Assembly (NCBI GenBank): GCA_965261735.1 | Contig: OZ253470.1 | Location: 1,792,001-1,856,000, forward strand | Length of the DNA: 64,000 nt | Direction: 5' to 3' | Origin: Alphaproteobacteria bacterium | Lineage (GTDB): Bacteria > Pseudomonadota > Alphaproteobacteria > SHVV01 | In this document: positions 17,334-29,413 of the stretch, piece by piece | How the letters are laid out: the number at the start of each line of letters is the position of its first letter | How positions within the stretch are numbered: position 1 is the stretch's first letter | Translations under genes and position numbers: made by a program | The notes under the pieces: model-generated | What the model was told of the DNA's origin: nothing | The model's database searches: none | Seen by the model: the letters and a program-made list of their open reading frames with translations, nothing else

Positions 17334-18800
17334 ATGACGACCCACGAACCCGCCTCTCCTTTTTGCATCGCCATATTTGGCGGCGCGGGGGACCTCACGC
17401 GGCGGATGCTGATGCCGGCCCTGTTCCGGTGTCATTTGGACAAGAGCCTTCCGGCAGGGGACATCATCGGCATCGGCCGCAGGGCCATGGATCGGGCGAG
17501 CTATATCGACTCCTTGGCCGGCCCCTACCCTCATTCGGGCATCGACCCGTCTAGCGCTCGTCGAGAATGGGACGACTTCGCGCAGCGCCTCGACTACCTG
17601 GAGCTCGACGCCAGGGACCCCGATGGCTATCGGGCGCTGGTCGGCGCGCTCGATTCAAACAAAGAGCGCATCCGAATCTTTTACCTGGCGACCGCGCCTG
17701 ACCTGTTTGGCGAGATCTGTGGCCATCTCCAGGAGGCCGGTCTGGTGACGCCCGAGACGCGCGTGGTCCTCGAAAAACCGATTGGCCATGATCTCGGGTC
17801 CGCGCGGTCGATCAACGATCTGGTGGGCGCCGCGTTCCGCGAGGATCAAGTGTTTCGCATCGACCACTATCTCGGAAAGGAGACGGTGCAGAACCTCATG
17901 GTTTTGCGGTTCGGCAACGCGCTGATCGAGCCCCTGTGGGGAGCGAGCATGATCGACCACGTCCAAATCACCGTGTCGGAACAGCTCGGGGTGGAGGGTC
18001 GTGGCGGCTATTTCGATCACGCCGGCGCTCTGCGCGACATGGTGCAGAATCATATGCTGCAACTCGTCTGCTTGGTGGCCATGGAGCCGCCAAACAGTCT
18101 GGATCCGGACGCCGTTCGCGATGAGAAGCTCAAGGTGCTTCGCGCCCTACGCCCCATTACGGGGACGGACGTCAGAAGCAAGACGGTCCGCGGGCAATAT
18201 CGGGCCGGCGCCAGAGAGGGCCGTCCCGTGCCGAGTTATGTCGACGAGGTCGGAGTCGGCGCGGACAGCAGCACCGAGACTTTCGTGGCGCTCAAGATCG
18301 AAATCGAAAACTGGCGCTGGGTCGGCGTGCCGTTCTATTTGCGCACCGGCAAGCGCCTGCAGCAGCGCATGACCGAGATCGTCGTGCAGTTCAAGAGGGT
18401 GCCACACTTCATCTTCGAGCAACCCACCGGTCGAATACCCGCCAACCGAATAATCATTCGGCTGCAGCCGGACGAGGGAATCAGGTTGCTCATCGAGGTT
18501 AAGCAGCCCGGCCGCGGCATGGCGCTGCGCCCGGTTTACCTCAACCTCAGTTTCGCCGAGGCTTTCGAGACCCGCCGGCTGGACGCCTATGAACGCTTGC
18601 TGATGGACGTCATCCGCGGCGATCCAACGCTGTTCATGCGGCGCGACGAAGTGGAGGCGGCGTGGCTCTGGGTCGAGCCCATTCTCGAGGGATGGCGGCA
18701 GAGTGATGACCGCCCCGCGCCCTATGTGACTGGAACCTGGGGACCGGCACCGGCCATCGCACTGATCGAACGGGACGGCCGTACGTGGCTCGAGGAGTGA
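17334..18800 (+). CDS. zwf: Glucose-6-phosphate 1-dehydrogenase
   Basis: FGGAGDL, LEKPIG, RIDHYLGKETVQN, RDMVQNH, PFYLRTGKR. Confidence 0.97.
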   Translation: MTTHEPASPFCIAIFGGAGDLTRRMLMPALFRCHLDKSLPAGDIIGIGRRAMDRASYIDSLAGPYPHSGIDPSSARREWDDFAQRLDYLELDARDPDGYRALVGALDSNKERIRIFYLATAPDLFGEICGHLQEAGLVTPETRVVLEKPIGHDLGSARSINDLVGAAFREDQVFRIDHYLGKETVQNLMVLRFGNALIEPLWGASMIDHVQITVSEQLGVEGRGGYFDHAGALRDMVQNHMLQLVCLVAMEPPNSLDPDAVRDEKLKVLRALRPITGTDVRSKTVRGQYRAGAREGRPVPSYVDEVGVGADSSTETFVALKIEIENWRWVGVPFYLRTGKRLQQRMTEIVVQFKRVPHFIFEQPTGRIPANRIIIRLQPDEGIRLLIEVKQPGRGMALRPVYLNLSFAEAFETRRLDAYERLLMDVIRGDPTLFMRRDEVEAAWLWVEPILEGWRQSDDRPAPYVTGTWGPAPAIALIERDGRTWLEE

Positions 18801-19549
18801 ACGTGGGCGCCCCACAACACGCCCCATTGGAGGTCGCCGGCCGAGTGAGCGAGTCTTGTTTCGTCGCTGGCGAGCCCCTCGTGGAAGCACTCTCGGATTC
18901 GATCGCCGCGCACCTCGCCCGCGCGATCGAACTCCGCGGCGCCGCGAGTTTGGTCGTTTGTGGCGGCACGACCCCGAGGCCTCTCTTCGAACGTCTCTCG
19001 CGAGCCTCCCTCCCGTGGAGTGCCGTAACCATCACCCTAACGGACGAGCGTTGGGTGCCCCCGGATTCCGACCAGAGCAATGAGTTTCTCGTCCGCGGCA
19101 GCCTTCTGGTCGGCCGCGCGGCCGAGGCCAGATTCGTGGGTCTCAAAACCCCGGACCCGACACCCGAGAAAGCCGTCGGCGTCTGTGAGAGGGCCCTCGC
19201 TCCAATTCCGCATCCCTTTGATATCGTCTTGCTCGGGATGGGCAAGGACGGCCATTTCGCGTCCCTGTTCCCGCAAGACCCGGGGCTCGACGCCGCGCTT
19301 GCCGCGTCGGGCGACCAGCTCTGTGTGGCTTCACGCCCGGCCACCGCGCCACATCCGCGGTTGAGTCTGACGCTTTCTGCTTTGCTCGACAGTCGTCGGG
19401 TCACGGTATTGATAACCGGGAAGGAAAAGTGGCGCGTGTACCGACGAGCGGCGCGCCCGGGTCCGGTTGAGGAGCTACCCATTCGCGCTGTTCTTAGACA
19501 AAACCAAGTCGATGTCGACGTCTATTGGGCATCCTACCGGGAGGCATGA
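18797..19549 (+). CDS. pgl: 6-phosphogluconolactonase
   Basis: [31 protein letters not shown]; GTGA overlap with the zwf stop. Confidence 0.93.
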   Translation: MNVGAPQHAPLEVAGRVSESCFVAGEPLVEALSDSIAAHLARAIELRGAASLVVCGGTTPRPLFERLSRASLPWSAVTITLTDERWVPPDSDQSNEFLVRGSLLVGRAAEARFVGLKTPDPTPEKAVGVCERALAPIPHPFDIVLLGMGKDGHFASLFPQDPGLDAALAASGDQLCVASRPATAPHPRLSLTLSALLDSRRVTVLITGKEKWRVYRRAARPGPVEELPIRAVLRQNQVDVDVYWASYREA

Positions 19550-19556
19550 TGAGGCA

Positions 19557-21380
19557 ATGACCGAGGTTCAGGACACGATCCGACGTGCCACGGAAAGAAT
19601 CAGGCGCCGCAGCCGGAGCTCGCGTGCCGCGTATCTCGACCGACTTGATCATGCCGCCAGCGCGTGGCCGGTGCGGCGCGGACTCTCGTGCACGAACCTG
19701 GCGCACGGCGTCGCGGCGTGCGGTCAAGCGGACAAAGAAGCGCTGCGCGACACCGACAAGATCAACATCGCCATTGTTTCTTCCTACAACGACATGCTTT
19801 CGGCGCATCAGCCATTCGAACGATTCCCGGAGTTGATCAAAGAGGCGGCGCGCGAGGCCGGTGCGGTGGCCCAGTTCGCCGGCGGAGTGCCGGCGATGTG
19901 CGACGGCGTAACCCAGGGTCAACCCGGCATGGAGCTGTCGCTTTTCAGCCGCGACGTGATCGCCATGTCGACCGCCATCGCCCTATCCCACAACATGTTC
20001 GACGCCGCGCTTTGCTTGGGCGTGTGCGACAAGATCGTGCCCGGGCTGCTGATCGGGGCGCTGAGCTTCGGGCACCTACCCGTCATCTTCGTCCCTGGCG
20101 GCCCCATGCCGTCGGGCATGTCGAACTCCGAAAAAGCGCACACAAGACAGCTCCATGCCGAGGGCAAGATCGATACCAAGACGCTGCTCAAGGCCGAGTC
20201 GAAGTCATACCACGCCCCCGGCACCTGCACCTTTTACGGCACCGCCAATACCAACCAAATGCTGATGGAGGTGATGGGCCTACACTTGCCGGGCGCCGCT
20301 TTCGTCAACCCCAACACGCCTCTGCGCGACGCGCTGACGCGGGCCGCGGCCCACCGCGTCTGCGAGATCACCTCGTCCGGGAACGCGTACACCCCGATCG
20401 GCAAGCTCGTCGATGAGCGCGCCATCACCAACGCGGTCGTCGGCCTGGTCGCAACGGGCGGCTCGACGAACCACACGATCCACCTCGTAGCGATCGCGCG
20501 CGCCGCCGGGATCATTCTGAACTGGGATGATTTTGCCGATCTTTCCGCCGCCGTTCCCTTGCTGGCGAGGATTTATCCCAACGGCGCCGCGGACGTGAAC
20601 CACTTTCACCAGGCCGGCGGAATGGGGTTTCTCGTCGCGCAGCTGTTGGATGCCGGGTTGCTTCATGCCGACGTCATGACCGTCGCCGGAACCGGTGGTC
20701 TGGACCACTACCGAGAAACGCCGGTGTTGGACAGCGGGGCTCTAGCCTGGCAACCCGCGCCGGAAGACTCCGGCGATCTTGACATATTGCGACCGGCGCC
20801 GGACCCCTTTAGTCCCGACGGCGGCCTGAGGCTACTGACCGGGAATCTCGGTCGAGCCATCATCAAGGTCTCCGCCGTTCAGAGCCAGCACCGCACGGTC
20901 GAGGCTCCTGCCTTGATCTTCGATTCGCAGGAAGAAATGATCGAGTCCTTCAAGCGCGGTGAGCTGCAGCGCGACTTCATGGCCGTCGTCCGCTATCAGG
21001 GCCCGCGCGCCAATGGCATGCCCGAATTGCATAAGCTGACGCCGCCGCTCGGCGTTCTTCAGGACCTCGGCTACAAGGTTGCGCTGGTGACCGACGGGCG
21101 CATGTCCGGCGCCTCCGGCAAGGTGCCGGCCGCCATTCAGGTCACACCGGAATGTCTTGCCGGCGGCCCCCTCGCGCGGGTGCGCAACGGCGACGTGCTG
21201 CGTCTCGACAGCGACTCCGGGGTGCTCGAGGCGAAGGTGGACGCGGCGGACTGGGAGGCTCGCGATCCAGAGGTTCCCGACCTGTCCGCCAACTATTTCG
21301 GTATCGGCCGGGAGCTCTTCGACGGTTTCCGGGCGGGTGTCGTCAGCGCCGAAGAGGGCGCCGTTTGCGCGCCCGCCTAG
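19557..21380 (+). CDS. edd: 6-phosphogluconate dehydratase
   Basis: [45 protein letters not shown]. Confidence 0.97.
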   Translation: MTEVQDTIRRATERIRRRSRSSRAAYLDRLDHAASAWPVRRGLSCTNLAHGVAACGQADKEALRDTDKINIAIVSSYNDMLSAHQPFERFPELIKEAAREAGAVAQFAGGVPAMCDGVTQGQPGMELSLFSRDVIAMSTAIALSHNMFDAALCLGVCDKIVPGLLIGALSFGHLPVIFVPGGPMPSGMSNSEKAHTRQLHAEGKIDTKTLLKAESKSYHAPGTCTFYGTANTNQMLMEVMGLHLPGAAFVNPNTPLRDALTRAAAHRVCEITSSGNAYTPIGKLVDERAITNAVVGLVATGGSTNHTIHLVAIARAAGIILNWDDFADLSAAVPLLARIYPNGAADVNHFHQAGGMGFLVAQLLDAGLLHADVMTVAGTGGLDHYRETPVLDSGALAWQPAPEDSGDLDILRPAPDPFSPDGGLRLLTGNLGRAIIKVSAVQSQHRTVEAPALIFDSQEEMIESFKRGELQRDFMAVVRYQGPRANGMPELHKLTPPLGVLQDLGYKVALVTDGRMSGASGKVPAAIQVTPECLAGGPLARVRNGDVLRLDSDSGVLEAKVDAADWEARDPEVPDLSANYFGIGRELFDGFRAGVVSAEEGAVCAPA

Positions 21381-21383
21381 CGC

Positions 21384-22010
21384 CTACCCGGTGCGCTTGC
21401 TAGCTGCCTCGCGGGCGCGGGCGGTAATGCCATCCCAGTCGGCTTCCGCGATCGCGGCGGCGGATGCAATCCACGATCCGCCGACGCAGGCGACGTTTCC
21501 GAGGTTTAGGAAGTCGTCGAGGTTTCCGGGGGTGATGCCGCCGGTAGGGCAGAACGTAACATCGGGGTAGACGTCGCCGAAAGCGGCGAGGACGGGAACG
21601 CCACCGGCCGCCGCCGCCGGAAAGAACTTGAGCTCGGTGAAGCCCATTTGGCGAGCGGCCAGCACCTCGGAGGCGGTCGCCGCTCCCGGCAGATACGGCA
21701 GGCCAGATTCACGGGCGGCCTCGGCGAGCGCCGGGGTGAGCCCCGGGCTGACCGCGAATGCGGCGCCCGCGGCGGCCGCGGCCGCGAACTGGGCGCGGCT
21801 CAGCACCGTCCCAACGCCAACGACCGCGTCCGGAACTTGCGCTCGCATCTCGCGAACGGAATCCAACGCGGCTTCACTCCTCAGCGTTACCTCGATAACG
21901 GACAACCCGCCCGCCAGCACGGCACGGGCGAGTGGAACGGCGCGCATGGGATCGTCCACGACGACCACGCAAATAACCGGGGAAAGGCGCAAAATATCGT
22001 TGATCGTCAT
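21384..22010 (-). CDS. eda: KDPG/KHG aldolase
   Basis: IEVTLRS, GVGTV, FAVSPG, LKFFPA, FCPTGGI. Confidence 0.95.
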   Translation of the reverse strand: MTINDILRLSPVICVVVVDDPMRAVPLARAVLAGGLSVIEVTLRSEAALDSVREMRAQVPDAVVGVGTVLSRAQFAAAAAAGAAFAVSPGLTPALAEAARESGLPYLPGAATASEVLAARQMGFTELKFFPAAAAGGVPVLAAFGDVYPDVTFCPTGGITPGNLDDFLNLGNVACVGGSWIASAAAIAEADWDGITARAREAASKRTG

Positions 22011-22030
22011 GAGCAACCCTTAGCCTCGAC

Positions 22031-23828
22031 TCACTCCTCGGACGCGGTGCTGATGGCCTCGTTCCACGTGAGGCTCAAGCGCCACGCGCAGTTGATCAGT
22101 CCGACATGCGAATAGGTCTGCGGGAAATTGCCCCAAAATTCACCCGTCTCCGGATCGAGGTCCTCGGACAGTAGGCCGAGCGGATTGCAACAAGACAGGA
22201 TGTTGACGAACCACTCTCGCGCCTCCTCGATGCGACCGACGCTCCACAAGGCGTTGATGTACCAGAAGGTGCAGACGTTAAACGCCGTACTGGGCGCACC
22301 GAAGTCGTCCGGCCGCGCGTAACGGAAGAGGTGGTAGCCCCGGACGAGCGATTTCTCGACCGCCCGCACCGTGCCATGAAAACGCTGATCCTGGGGCGAG
22401 ACGAAGCCGACTTCGGCCAGCAACAGGAGGCAGGCGTCAACGTCCTCGCCATCAAACTCCGAGACAAAGCTGTCCAGTCGCGGATTCCACGCTTTCTCCA
22501 GGATCAGCTGCTTGATTTTCTTTGCCTTCTTGCGCCAATACTCGGGCCTTTCCGGCAGCCCCAGGTGACTCGCGATGTTCGCCAGCCGGTCGCAGGCAGC
22601 CCAACACATCACGCTCGAAAACGTGTGCACCTGTGAGATGTTTCGGAACTCCCATATTCCCGCGTCGGGCTGGTCGTGAAGCTGAAATGCCTGCTCGCCG
22701 AGCGGTTCGAGCCGGTCGAACATGCTCTCGTCCGCCGGGCTCAGGAGCCTCAGGTCGAAGAAGGCCTGAGTGGCGGCGAGAATGACCTCGCCGTAGGCGT
22801 CATGTTGATCGTGCTCGAAGGCCTGATTCCCGCGCCGTACCGGGCCCATACCGCGATAGCCGGGTAGGTTGGTGACGATCTCTTCGTCGAGGTGACGTTC
22901 CAGAGCGATGCCGTAAACCGGCTGCAGCCGACCGTCGGTCGAGTCCGCGACGATGTTCTCGAGAAAGAGAAGGTGGTCCTCCATCGTCTGATGGGCGCTC
23001 ACGCTATTGAGGGCTTGCACCGTGAAATACGCGTCCCTCAGCCAACAGTACCGGTAATCCCAATTGCGCTGGGTACCGGCCGCCTTCGGAATCGAGGTCG
23101 TCAGGGCGGCGACGATGGCACCGGTGGATTCGAAGCTGCAAAGCTTGAGCGTGATCGCCGAGCGAATGACGGCGTCCTGCCACTCGAAGGGTATGGACAG
23201 GCCGCGGACCCACACTTTCCAGTATTCGGCGGTCCAGTCGTGCCATTCGCGGGCCGCCTCGAACACCGACGTACCAAGGGTTTCATCGGGCCCGAAAATA
23301 AGAGCGGCGGGCCCGCGCAGGAGGAACGGCCGTTCCTCGAGGATATAGACAATCGGTAGGTCCGTGGTGAGGCGCAGGCTCAGCGCACTGTGCGCGTAGC
23401 GGATGTGGTTGCTGCCGTGGATGACCTGGGGCTCGCTCGCACCATAGGAAAACACAGGTCGTAGGCGGACGATAATGCGCGGTGTTCCGCCAATCGGTCG
23501 GACCATGCGAACAAGGGTGGTGGGACGGGCACGGCGACCGGCCCGGGTGAACCTCGGCGCATAGTCGGTTATTTCTATTCCAGCGCCCGACTCATTGTAG
23601 AGCCGGGTAATGAGAATGGCCGTGTTCGAAAGATACTCCTGCTCGGCCCGCGCGAAACCATCTAACTCGATCGCAAAGAACCCGCTATCGGCGTCATCGT
23701 TAAGCAGGTCGCAAAAAAACGGGGTCCGAGTCGAATCGGGGAAAGCAGCACCAAACGATCCGTCCTTTGCCATCGATCAGCGCTCCAATGCAGCAGTTAC
23801 CAACTATTCCGAGATCGAGTGTCGTCAT
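22031..23828 (-). pseudogene. GH15 glycoside hydrolase (trehalase/glucoamylase-like), frameshifted near the 5' end
   Basis: From ATG 23828: MTTLDLGIIGNCCIGALIDGKGRIVWCCFPRFDSDPV, then a +1 shift in the A7 run at 23713-23719. Downstream RNWDYRYCWLRD, GIWEFR, LLSED and GNFPQTYSH are present. May be a sequencing error in an intact gene. Confidence 0.8.
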
Positions 23829-24228
23829 TAGATGATGTCCACCGAGTCCAGCCAAGGCGCCGACAATTGTATCTCAGATCGCGAACCTGCGTCGCCGCCG
23901 CGATGAGCGCATAGGGCGATACCTAATGTCCCCCGCCAGGGGGCAGAGGCTTGGCCGCGAGCCTGGAGTCGAAGCGGTGCTCCGTTGTAGGTTTGGTGCG
24001 GTGCCGGGAAGGTGGTGCTCCACGGAGTTAGCGAGTGAGCGACCAGCTAGGATTCGCGGGAGTCGGTGCGCTAGTGCGCTAGCGGTTATCAGCGTCTTTC
24101 TCCTGGTCACCGAAACCGGGCGGGCGCAGACGTCCGGTTTCGCAGACTTGCCGACCTCGGTAGTTGCGGTTCACGGAGCGTCCGCTAGACCGAGTCTTGC
24201 CGGCTCGGCGGCGCCAGTTACCTAAGGC

Positions 24229-25167
24229 TTGCGCTTCCCTCCAGGTACGGCAGCGCCAGGGATTACAAAGCCCTCTTCAAATACAACTCCGATGAGGCAA
24301 GGGGGATGTATGTCTGGCGCGGCGCCTACTTTGAGGCCGACGCCGAGACTGACGGTAAGTAAAGGGTGCGAATCTCATCACGGACACTGCGACCTGATCG
24401 CCTTAGGTAAGAAAGTAAGAATTGCCCCCGACGAACTCTTCATCGCCAAGGCTGATTTCATCGATCTCGGTACGGACTCTGAACTCGTCCGAATCGGAAA
24501 GGTCGACGCGCCGATCGCGGTCATCGGCTACCTGTCGCTGACATGCCCGAACTGCAGGTCATTCTTCACCTCGGTCTTGCCCAAACTCAAAGCGGACTAC
24601 ATCGACAGGGGGCTCGTCCACTCGCGAGCGCTTATCTGGGCTGCGCTCCTGTCGTTGCCGGCACCGGCGCTGGCCTGCGGCGGGGGTGGCGGCACGGTGG
24701 GTGCCGGCGAAGGGGGTGGCGATGGCGCTGGAGTCGCGGACGGTGGCGCGCCGATGACGGTCGCGACGGCGCTCGCGGCCGCCGACGCTTCGGCCGAAAT
24801 GTCCACGCAGGCTGCCGCCGCGATCGCCGAGTTAGCGGCCGCGTCAGGGATCCCCGGGCTCTTCATCGAAGTGTCCAGCGTTTCCGGCCGCACCAGCACG
24901 ACGAGCATGTCGGTCGAGGTCAGGATCACCGACAGCGCTGGCGAGCGTATCTTCCGCCGCTACGTGGTGCTTCGGATCCCGCTCCAATCAGCCTCGGTGA
25001 AACCGAATGCCCTCGCGGTGGCGCTCTCGGGCGTCGTCAGCCGGATGCTCATCGAAGATGTTGCGCGGCGCGTTGCCAGCCGGCCACAGCTTGCGGAGGG
25101 TGTCATGAGGGCGGCGGACCGTCTGGCGAGCGTCGGCAAGGGTGATTTCAACCTCAGCGCGGGCTGA
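24229..25167 (+). pseudogene. Chimeric ORF: DsbA-like fragment fused to an unrelated secreted-protein-like region
   Basis: IGKVDAPIAVIGYLSLTCPNC...LPKLKADYIDRGLV is the N-terminal half of a DsbA-like fold; it switches abruptly to a signal-peptide-like WAALLSLPAPALAC and a Gly-rich linker. Start is uncertain. Confidence 0.55.
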
Positions 25168-25198
25168 GTTACCTAGCGGGCGCCGGGGATAGAAACGC

Positions 25199-27107
25199 AT
25201 GCGCTCATGGATCGCATGCGTCCTTGCCGCGGCGTCGCTATTTCTCGTCACCGCACAGGCGCGGGCCCAGGACGAGGATCACGTAGAGCGGGAGGTACGT
25301 GAAGCCCAGCGACTCCTTGAGAGCGGGGACAGCGAGGCCGCCTGGATTCGTTTGGGGACCGCCCTCGAGATCGGCAATCGCATACTCGACGAACAGCCGG
25401 AAACGCTTGGCCAGCTGCACGCCCTTCGCGGGCATCGTCGCCCTCGATCTCGGTCGTCTCGACGAAGCAGAACGTCTGTTCCGTGGGGCCCATACGCTAG
25501 TCCGACGCGCGAGGGGTGCGGAGCACGGCGAAACCGTGAAAGCAGCGCGCAACCTCGCGACCATGTTGGCGGCGCGCGGCAAACTCGTGGAGGCCGAATC
25601 CCTCATCGTGGCCGCGCTACGGGCGACGGAGCGCGACCTGGGCCCGGATCATGCCGAAACCGGCACGGTCCTGTATGAACTCGGCAGCCTCAAAAGCTCG
25701 GCGGGGCAGCTTGCTGAGGCCGAGGCGGCGCTTCGTCGTGCCGCCACGATTCGCGAGGCTGCAGGAGCGCCGGCACCACTAGCCGAGGCGCTCGATGCCC
25801 TGGGGGCAGTATTTCAGGGCCAATGGCGGCTTGGCGAAGCGGAGGCGGCGCACCGGCGCGCGGCCTCCCTGGTGGCGGTCGCGCGCGGCGAGGGTTACGG
25901 CCGGGCCACCTATCTCAACAACCTTGCGGTCGCGGTCGAAGCGCAGGGTCGGCTCGCCGAAGCGGAGGAGCTCTACAAATCCGTGCTCGAACAATGGGCG
26001 CGGGTCGCGGGAACCGAGAGCGACAACTACGCCGTGGCTCTTAACAACCTGGCGCGGGTCGAGCATCAGCTTGAGCGCTTCGAGGAGACCGCGGCACTGC
26101 TCGGGCGCGCCACATCGTCGATCGAGAAGCGAGGACGGACGAGCCACCCCGACTACTGCGCCATGCTCTCGAACCTAGCGCTCGGCGAGCTCGAACTCGG
26201 ACGGCTCGAGCCCGCGCGCCGCCTGTCCGAGCGCGCCATCACGACATGCGAGCAGCGGCTGGGTCCGCGCCACATCGACCTCGTCGAACCCCTTAATACG
26301 CTTGGTCGGATCGCCATGACTCAGAGCGATGTCGTCGTCGCAACGGAAGCCTTCGGCCGAGCCCTCGATCTCGTCGCGGGCACGAACGGGCCGCTGCATC
26401 CGACGACGGCGTTGCCGTTGCACAACCTCGCTGGCGTCTTGTTGGCCGCCGGCGACACAGGTTCGGCGCTCGAGCTTCTCGTCCGGGCTTCGGCCAGCGC
26501 TGAGCGCGCGCGGGGTGGACTCGACGTGCTGCACGCGACCACTCTGGAGGTCCTCGCGCTGGCCCATTTCAAGCTCAATCGAACAGGCGAGGCTCTCGCT
26601 TCGATGCGCCACGCTTCGAGCCTCACGCGTGCGCGCCTGGCCCGTGCTCTGCCGGGGCGCGGCGCCGGACCTAGCTCGTCGTGGGCGGATCTTCGCAAAC
26701 GCTTCGCCTTCCACGCCGCTCTCGCGGTTGAGGCGGCTGCCCGGGCGCCCTCGACCGAGGCGGGCGAACTCGAGAACGAAGGGTTCGCCTTCGCCGAGTT
26801 GGCGCGTGGCTCCAGCGCGGCGCACGCGATCGCGCAAATGGCGACACGGTTTGCCGCGGCCACCGGTGCGCTGGCCGAGCGCGTCCGCGAGCGCCAGGAC
26901 AAGTCCGAGCAATTGCGCGAGGTCGAGCTCCAGCTCCAGCAGATCAATACCCTTGGCCGGCTCGGCGCCGACTCGCCCGTAGCCCTCTCGCTGCGCCTGG
27001 CGCGCGCGAGCGCGACCGCCCGAATTGCTGCGATCGATCGCCGTCTCGAAGTCGAGTTTCCCGAATATGTGGAGCTGGCCAATCCCGAACCACCCGGCGT
27101 CGCCGAG
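25199..27107 (+). pseudogene. Secreted TPR-repeat protein (CHAT-protein type), frameshifted and truncated by IS256
   Basis: Signal peptide ending ARAQ; +1 shift near 25424; repeated LNNLA / LGPDHAET / LGPRHIDL TPR units; pre-CHAT linker EFPEYVELANPEP ends at the IS256 left end. Confidence 0.75.
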
Positions 27108-28556
27108 GGTCGTGTCCCAGGACGTGGTGTAGGAGTTGTTGGAGCCTCTGGTAGCTGTGGGTAGGCGGCTTGCCGTAGCGACCGCCGAGAGTCTGGCGTA
27201 GGCAAGCCGGCTATCCACAGCGGAGGCCATCGCGGTTCCGGTTTAGGGTTGGGCTAGTGCAAACCAACCTGACCCGAAGGAGAACCACGATGACCCAGGA
27301 CATGATGACCCTGCGCGCGCTTTTGGAGAAGAGCTCCGATGCCGATCTGCTTTGCGAGATGATCGGCTTCACGGCCGAGCGGCTGATGGCACTGGAGGTT
27401 GAGGGCCTGACCGGCGCCGGGCACGGCGAGCGCTCGGCGGATCGTATCACCCATCGCAACGGCTACCGCGACCGGTCCTGGGAGACGCGGGCCGGCACGG
27501 TCGAGCTGAAGATCCCGAAGCTGAGGAAGGGAAGCTACTTCCCGGGCTTCCTGGAGCCGCGGCGGATGGCCGAGAAGGCGCTGGCTGCGGTGATCCAGGA
27601 GGCCTACATCCAGGGGGTGTCGACCCGCTCGGTCGACGATCTGGTTCAGGCGATGGGGATGTCGGGCGCCTCCAAGAGCCAGGTCTCCAGGCTGTGCGGC
27701 GAGATCGACGATAAGGTCAACGGCTTCCTCGATCGACCGCTGGAGGGCGACTGGCCCTATCTGTGGCTCGACGCCACCTACGTGAAGGTGCGCCAGACCG
27801 GACGCATCGTCTCGGTCGCGGTGACCGTGGCTGTGGCCGTCAACGACCAAGGCCGCCGCGAGGTCCTGGGCGTGGCGATCGGCGCGTCGGAGGCCGAGAC
27901 CTTCTGGACCGAGTTCCTGCGCTCGCTGGCCCGGCGCGGGCTGCGCGGCGTGAAGCTGGTGATCTCCGACGACCACAAGGGCCTGAAGGCCGCCGCGACC
28001 CGGATCCTCGGCGCCACATGGCAGCGCTGCCGCGTGCACTTCGCCCGCAACCTGCTGGCCCATGCCGGCCGCCAGGGCCGGCGCGTCGTCTCCGCCTTCG
28101 TCGCCACCGCCTTCGCCCAGGAGGACGCCGACAGCGCGAAGGTCCAGTGGCGCCAGGTCGCCGACCAGCTCAGGCCCAAGGTGCCCAAGCTGGCAGTTCT
28201 CATGGACGAAGCCGAGCACGACGTCCTCGCCTACATGAGCTTCCCCAGGGAGCACCGCCAGAAATTGCACTCCACAAACCCGATCGAACGGCTCCATGCC
28301 GAGGTCAAGCGTCGCACCAACGTCGTCGGTATCTTTCCCAACGAAGCCGCCATCACACGGCTCGTCGGCGCCATCCTTCTCGAGCAGAACGACGAGTGGG
28401 CCGTCTCAAGGAGATACATGACGCTGGAATCCATCGCTCCGCTGAGCGATGGTGTCCCCATCACGCTGCCCACCGTGGCAGCCTGAACGTCCCGGCCCTA
28501 CCCGCCGGGAGCCGCGTAGAGCGCAACGCTCTTACACCACTCCGCGGGACACGATC
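27108..28556 (+). mobile_element. IS256-family insertion sequence
   Basis: Left IR GGTCGTGTCCCAGGACGTGGTGTAGGAG; right IR reverse complement GATCGTGTCCCGCGGAGTGGTGTAAGAG; encloses a full transposase; no target duplication visible. Confidence 0.93.
27290..28486 (+). CDS. IS256 transposase
   Basis: [47 protein letters not shown]; RBS AAGGAG. Confidence 0.96.
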   Translation: MTQDMMTLRALLEKSSDADLLCEMIGFTAERLMALEVEGLTGAGHGERSADRITHRNGYRDRSWETRAGTVELKIPKLRKGSYFPGFLEPRRMAEKALAAVIQEAYIQGVSTRSVDDLVQAMGMSGASKSQVSRLCGEIDDKVNGFLDRPLEGDWPYLWLDATYVKVRQTGRIVSVAVTVAVAVNDQGRREVLGVAIGASEAETFWTEFLRSLARRGLRGVKLVISDDHKGLKAAATRILGATWQRCRVHFARNLLAHAGRQGRRVVSAFVATAFAQEDADSAKVQWRQVADQLRPKVPKLAVLMDEAEHDVLAYMSFPREHRQKLHSTNPIERLHAEVKRRTNVVGIFPNEAAITRLVGAILLEQNDEWAVSRRYMTLESIAPLSDGVPITLPTVAA

Positions 28557-28662
28557 GGCGCGCAAGAGCGAATCGCCAAGCCTTCATTATGCCGCTCGAC
28601 AATCGCGATGCCGAACGATAGTGCGATAATTGACGAGTTGTGCAAGCAAGGAGCTGATCAAA

Positions 28663-29410
28663 ATGGCCAGTCGGGTTCAAGGTTCACGACCCGCGAATTG
28701 GGAGGCATTTTCTATTTTTTCTCTTGATCGGTGCGGCGACTGGAGCGGCTGCTCTAGACACTTACCTCATCGCGACGTCATCGTCGTTTATTGGGCTTGG
28801 CCTTTCCGCAGGTGTCACCGGTGGGATCATTGGAGGCGGCATCGGATTTGTCTCAGCCATTTTTGTTGATTTCGTCAAGAATCTGCTTTTCGGTCTTCGG
28901 CTCCAACTTTCGATTGGCCAAGGGCCCGACTATCTATCGTTCGTCACGTGGCCGAACGAAGACGAGCATGGGGACCTCAGCGCTTGCTATGTCCGGGTGA
29001 AGGTTCAAAACGCAGGTCGACCGCTAGCGCGGCAATGTAGGGCGTATTTAGTTAGCGTCGAAAAAAGAGAAAACGGTCGCTTCGTCGAAACCGGTTACGT
29101 GGACACAATTCAACTTGCGTGGTCAGCACAAGGAGCGCCAAAGCACGATCCCGAGCGGCGCTACTTACCCATGGACATACCAAACGGTATCAATCAGTTT
29201 TTCGATGTGTTTGCGACCGATAACCGTAGCGAAGAACTCCACCCTCAATGGCGCGTGCACCTCATGCGCTACGACGACATTTTCTTCGACTGGGGGAAAC
29301 TATTCGCATACCGGCTAACTGTCCAGGTGGCCGGTGACGGAGTGAAACCGCAAACGCTGACTTTTGTTTTTCACCGCGGCGCGAGTTGGGATGATCTCCA
29401 TGTAGAGTGA
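28663..29410 (+). CDS. Hypothetical membrane-anchored protein, low GC; probable +1 frameshift in the T6 run at 28715-28720
   Basis: Open frame 28724-29410 with a Gly-rich hydrophobic N-terminus. Removing one T joins it to ATG 28663, which has AAGGAG upstream. Confidence 0.55.
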
Positions 29411-29413
29411 CGA

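Noticed and set aside
16948-24228. att duplication of the tRNA-Val 3' end
   Set aside because: No copy found by eye in the intergenic regions, so the island's left boundary is undefined.
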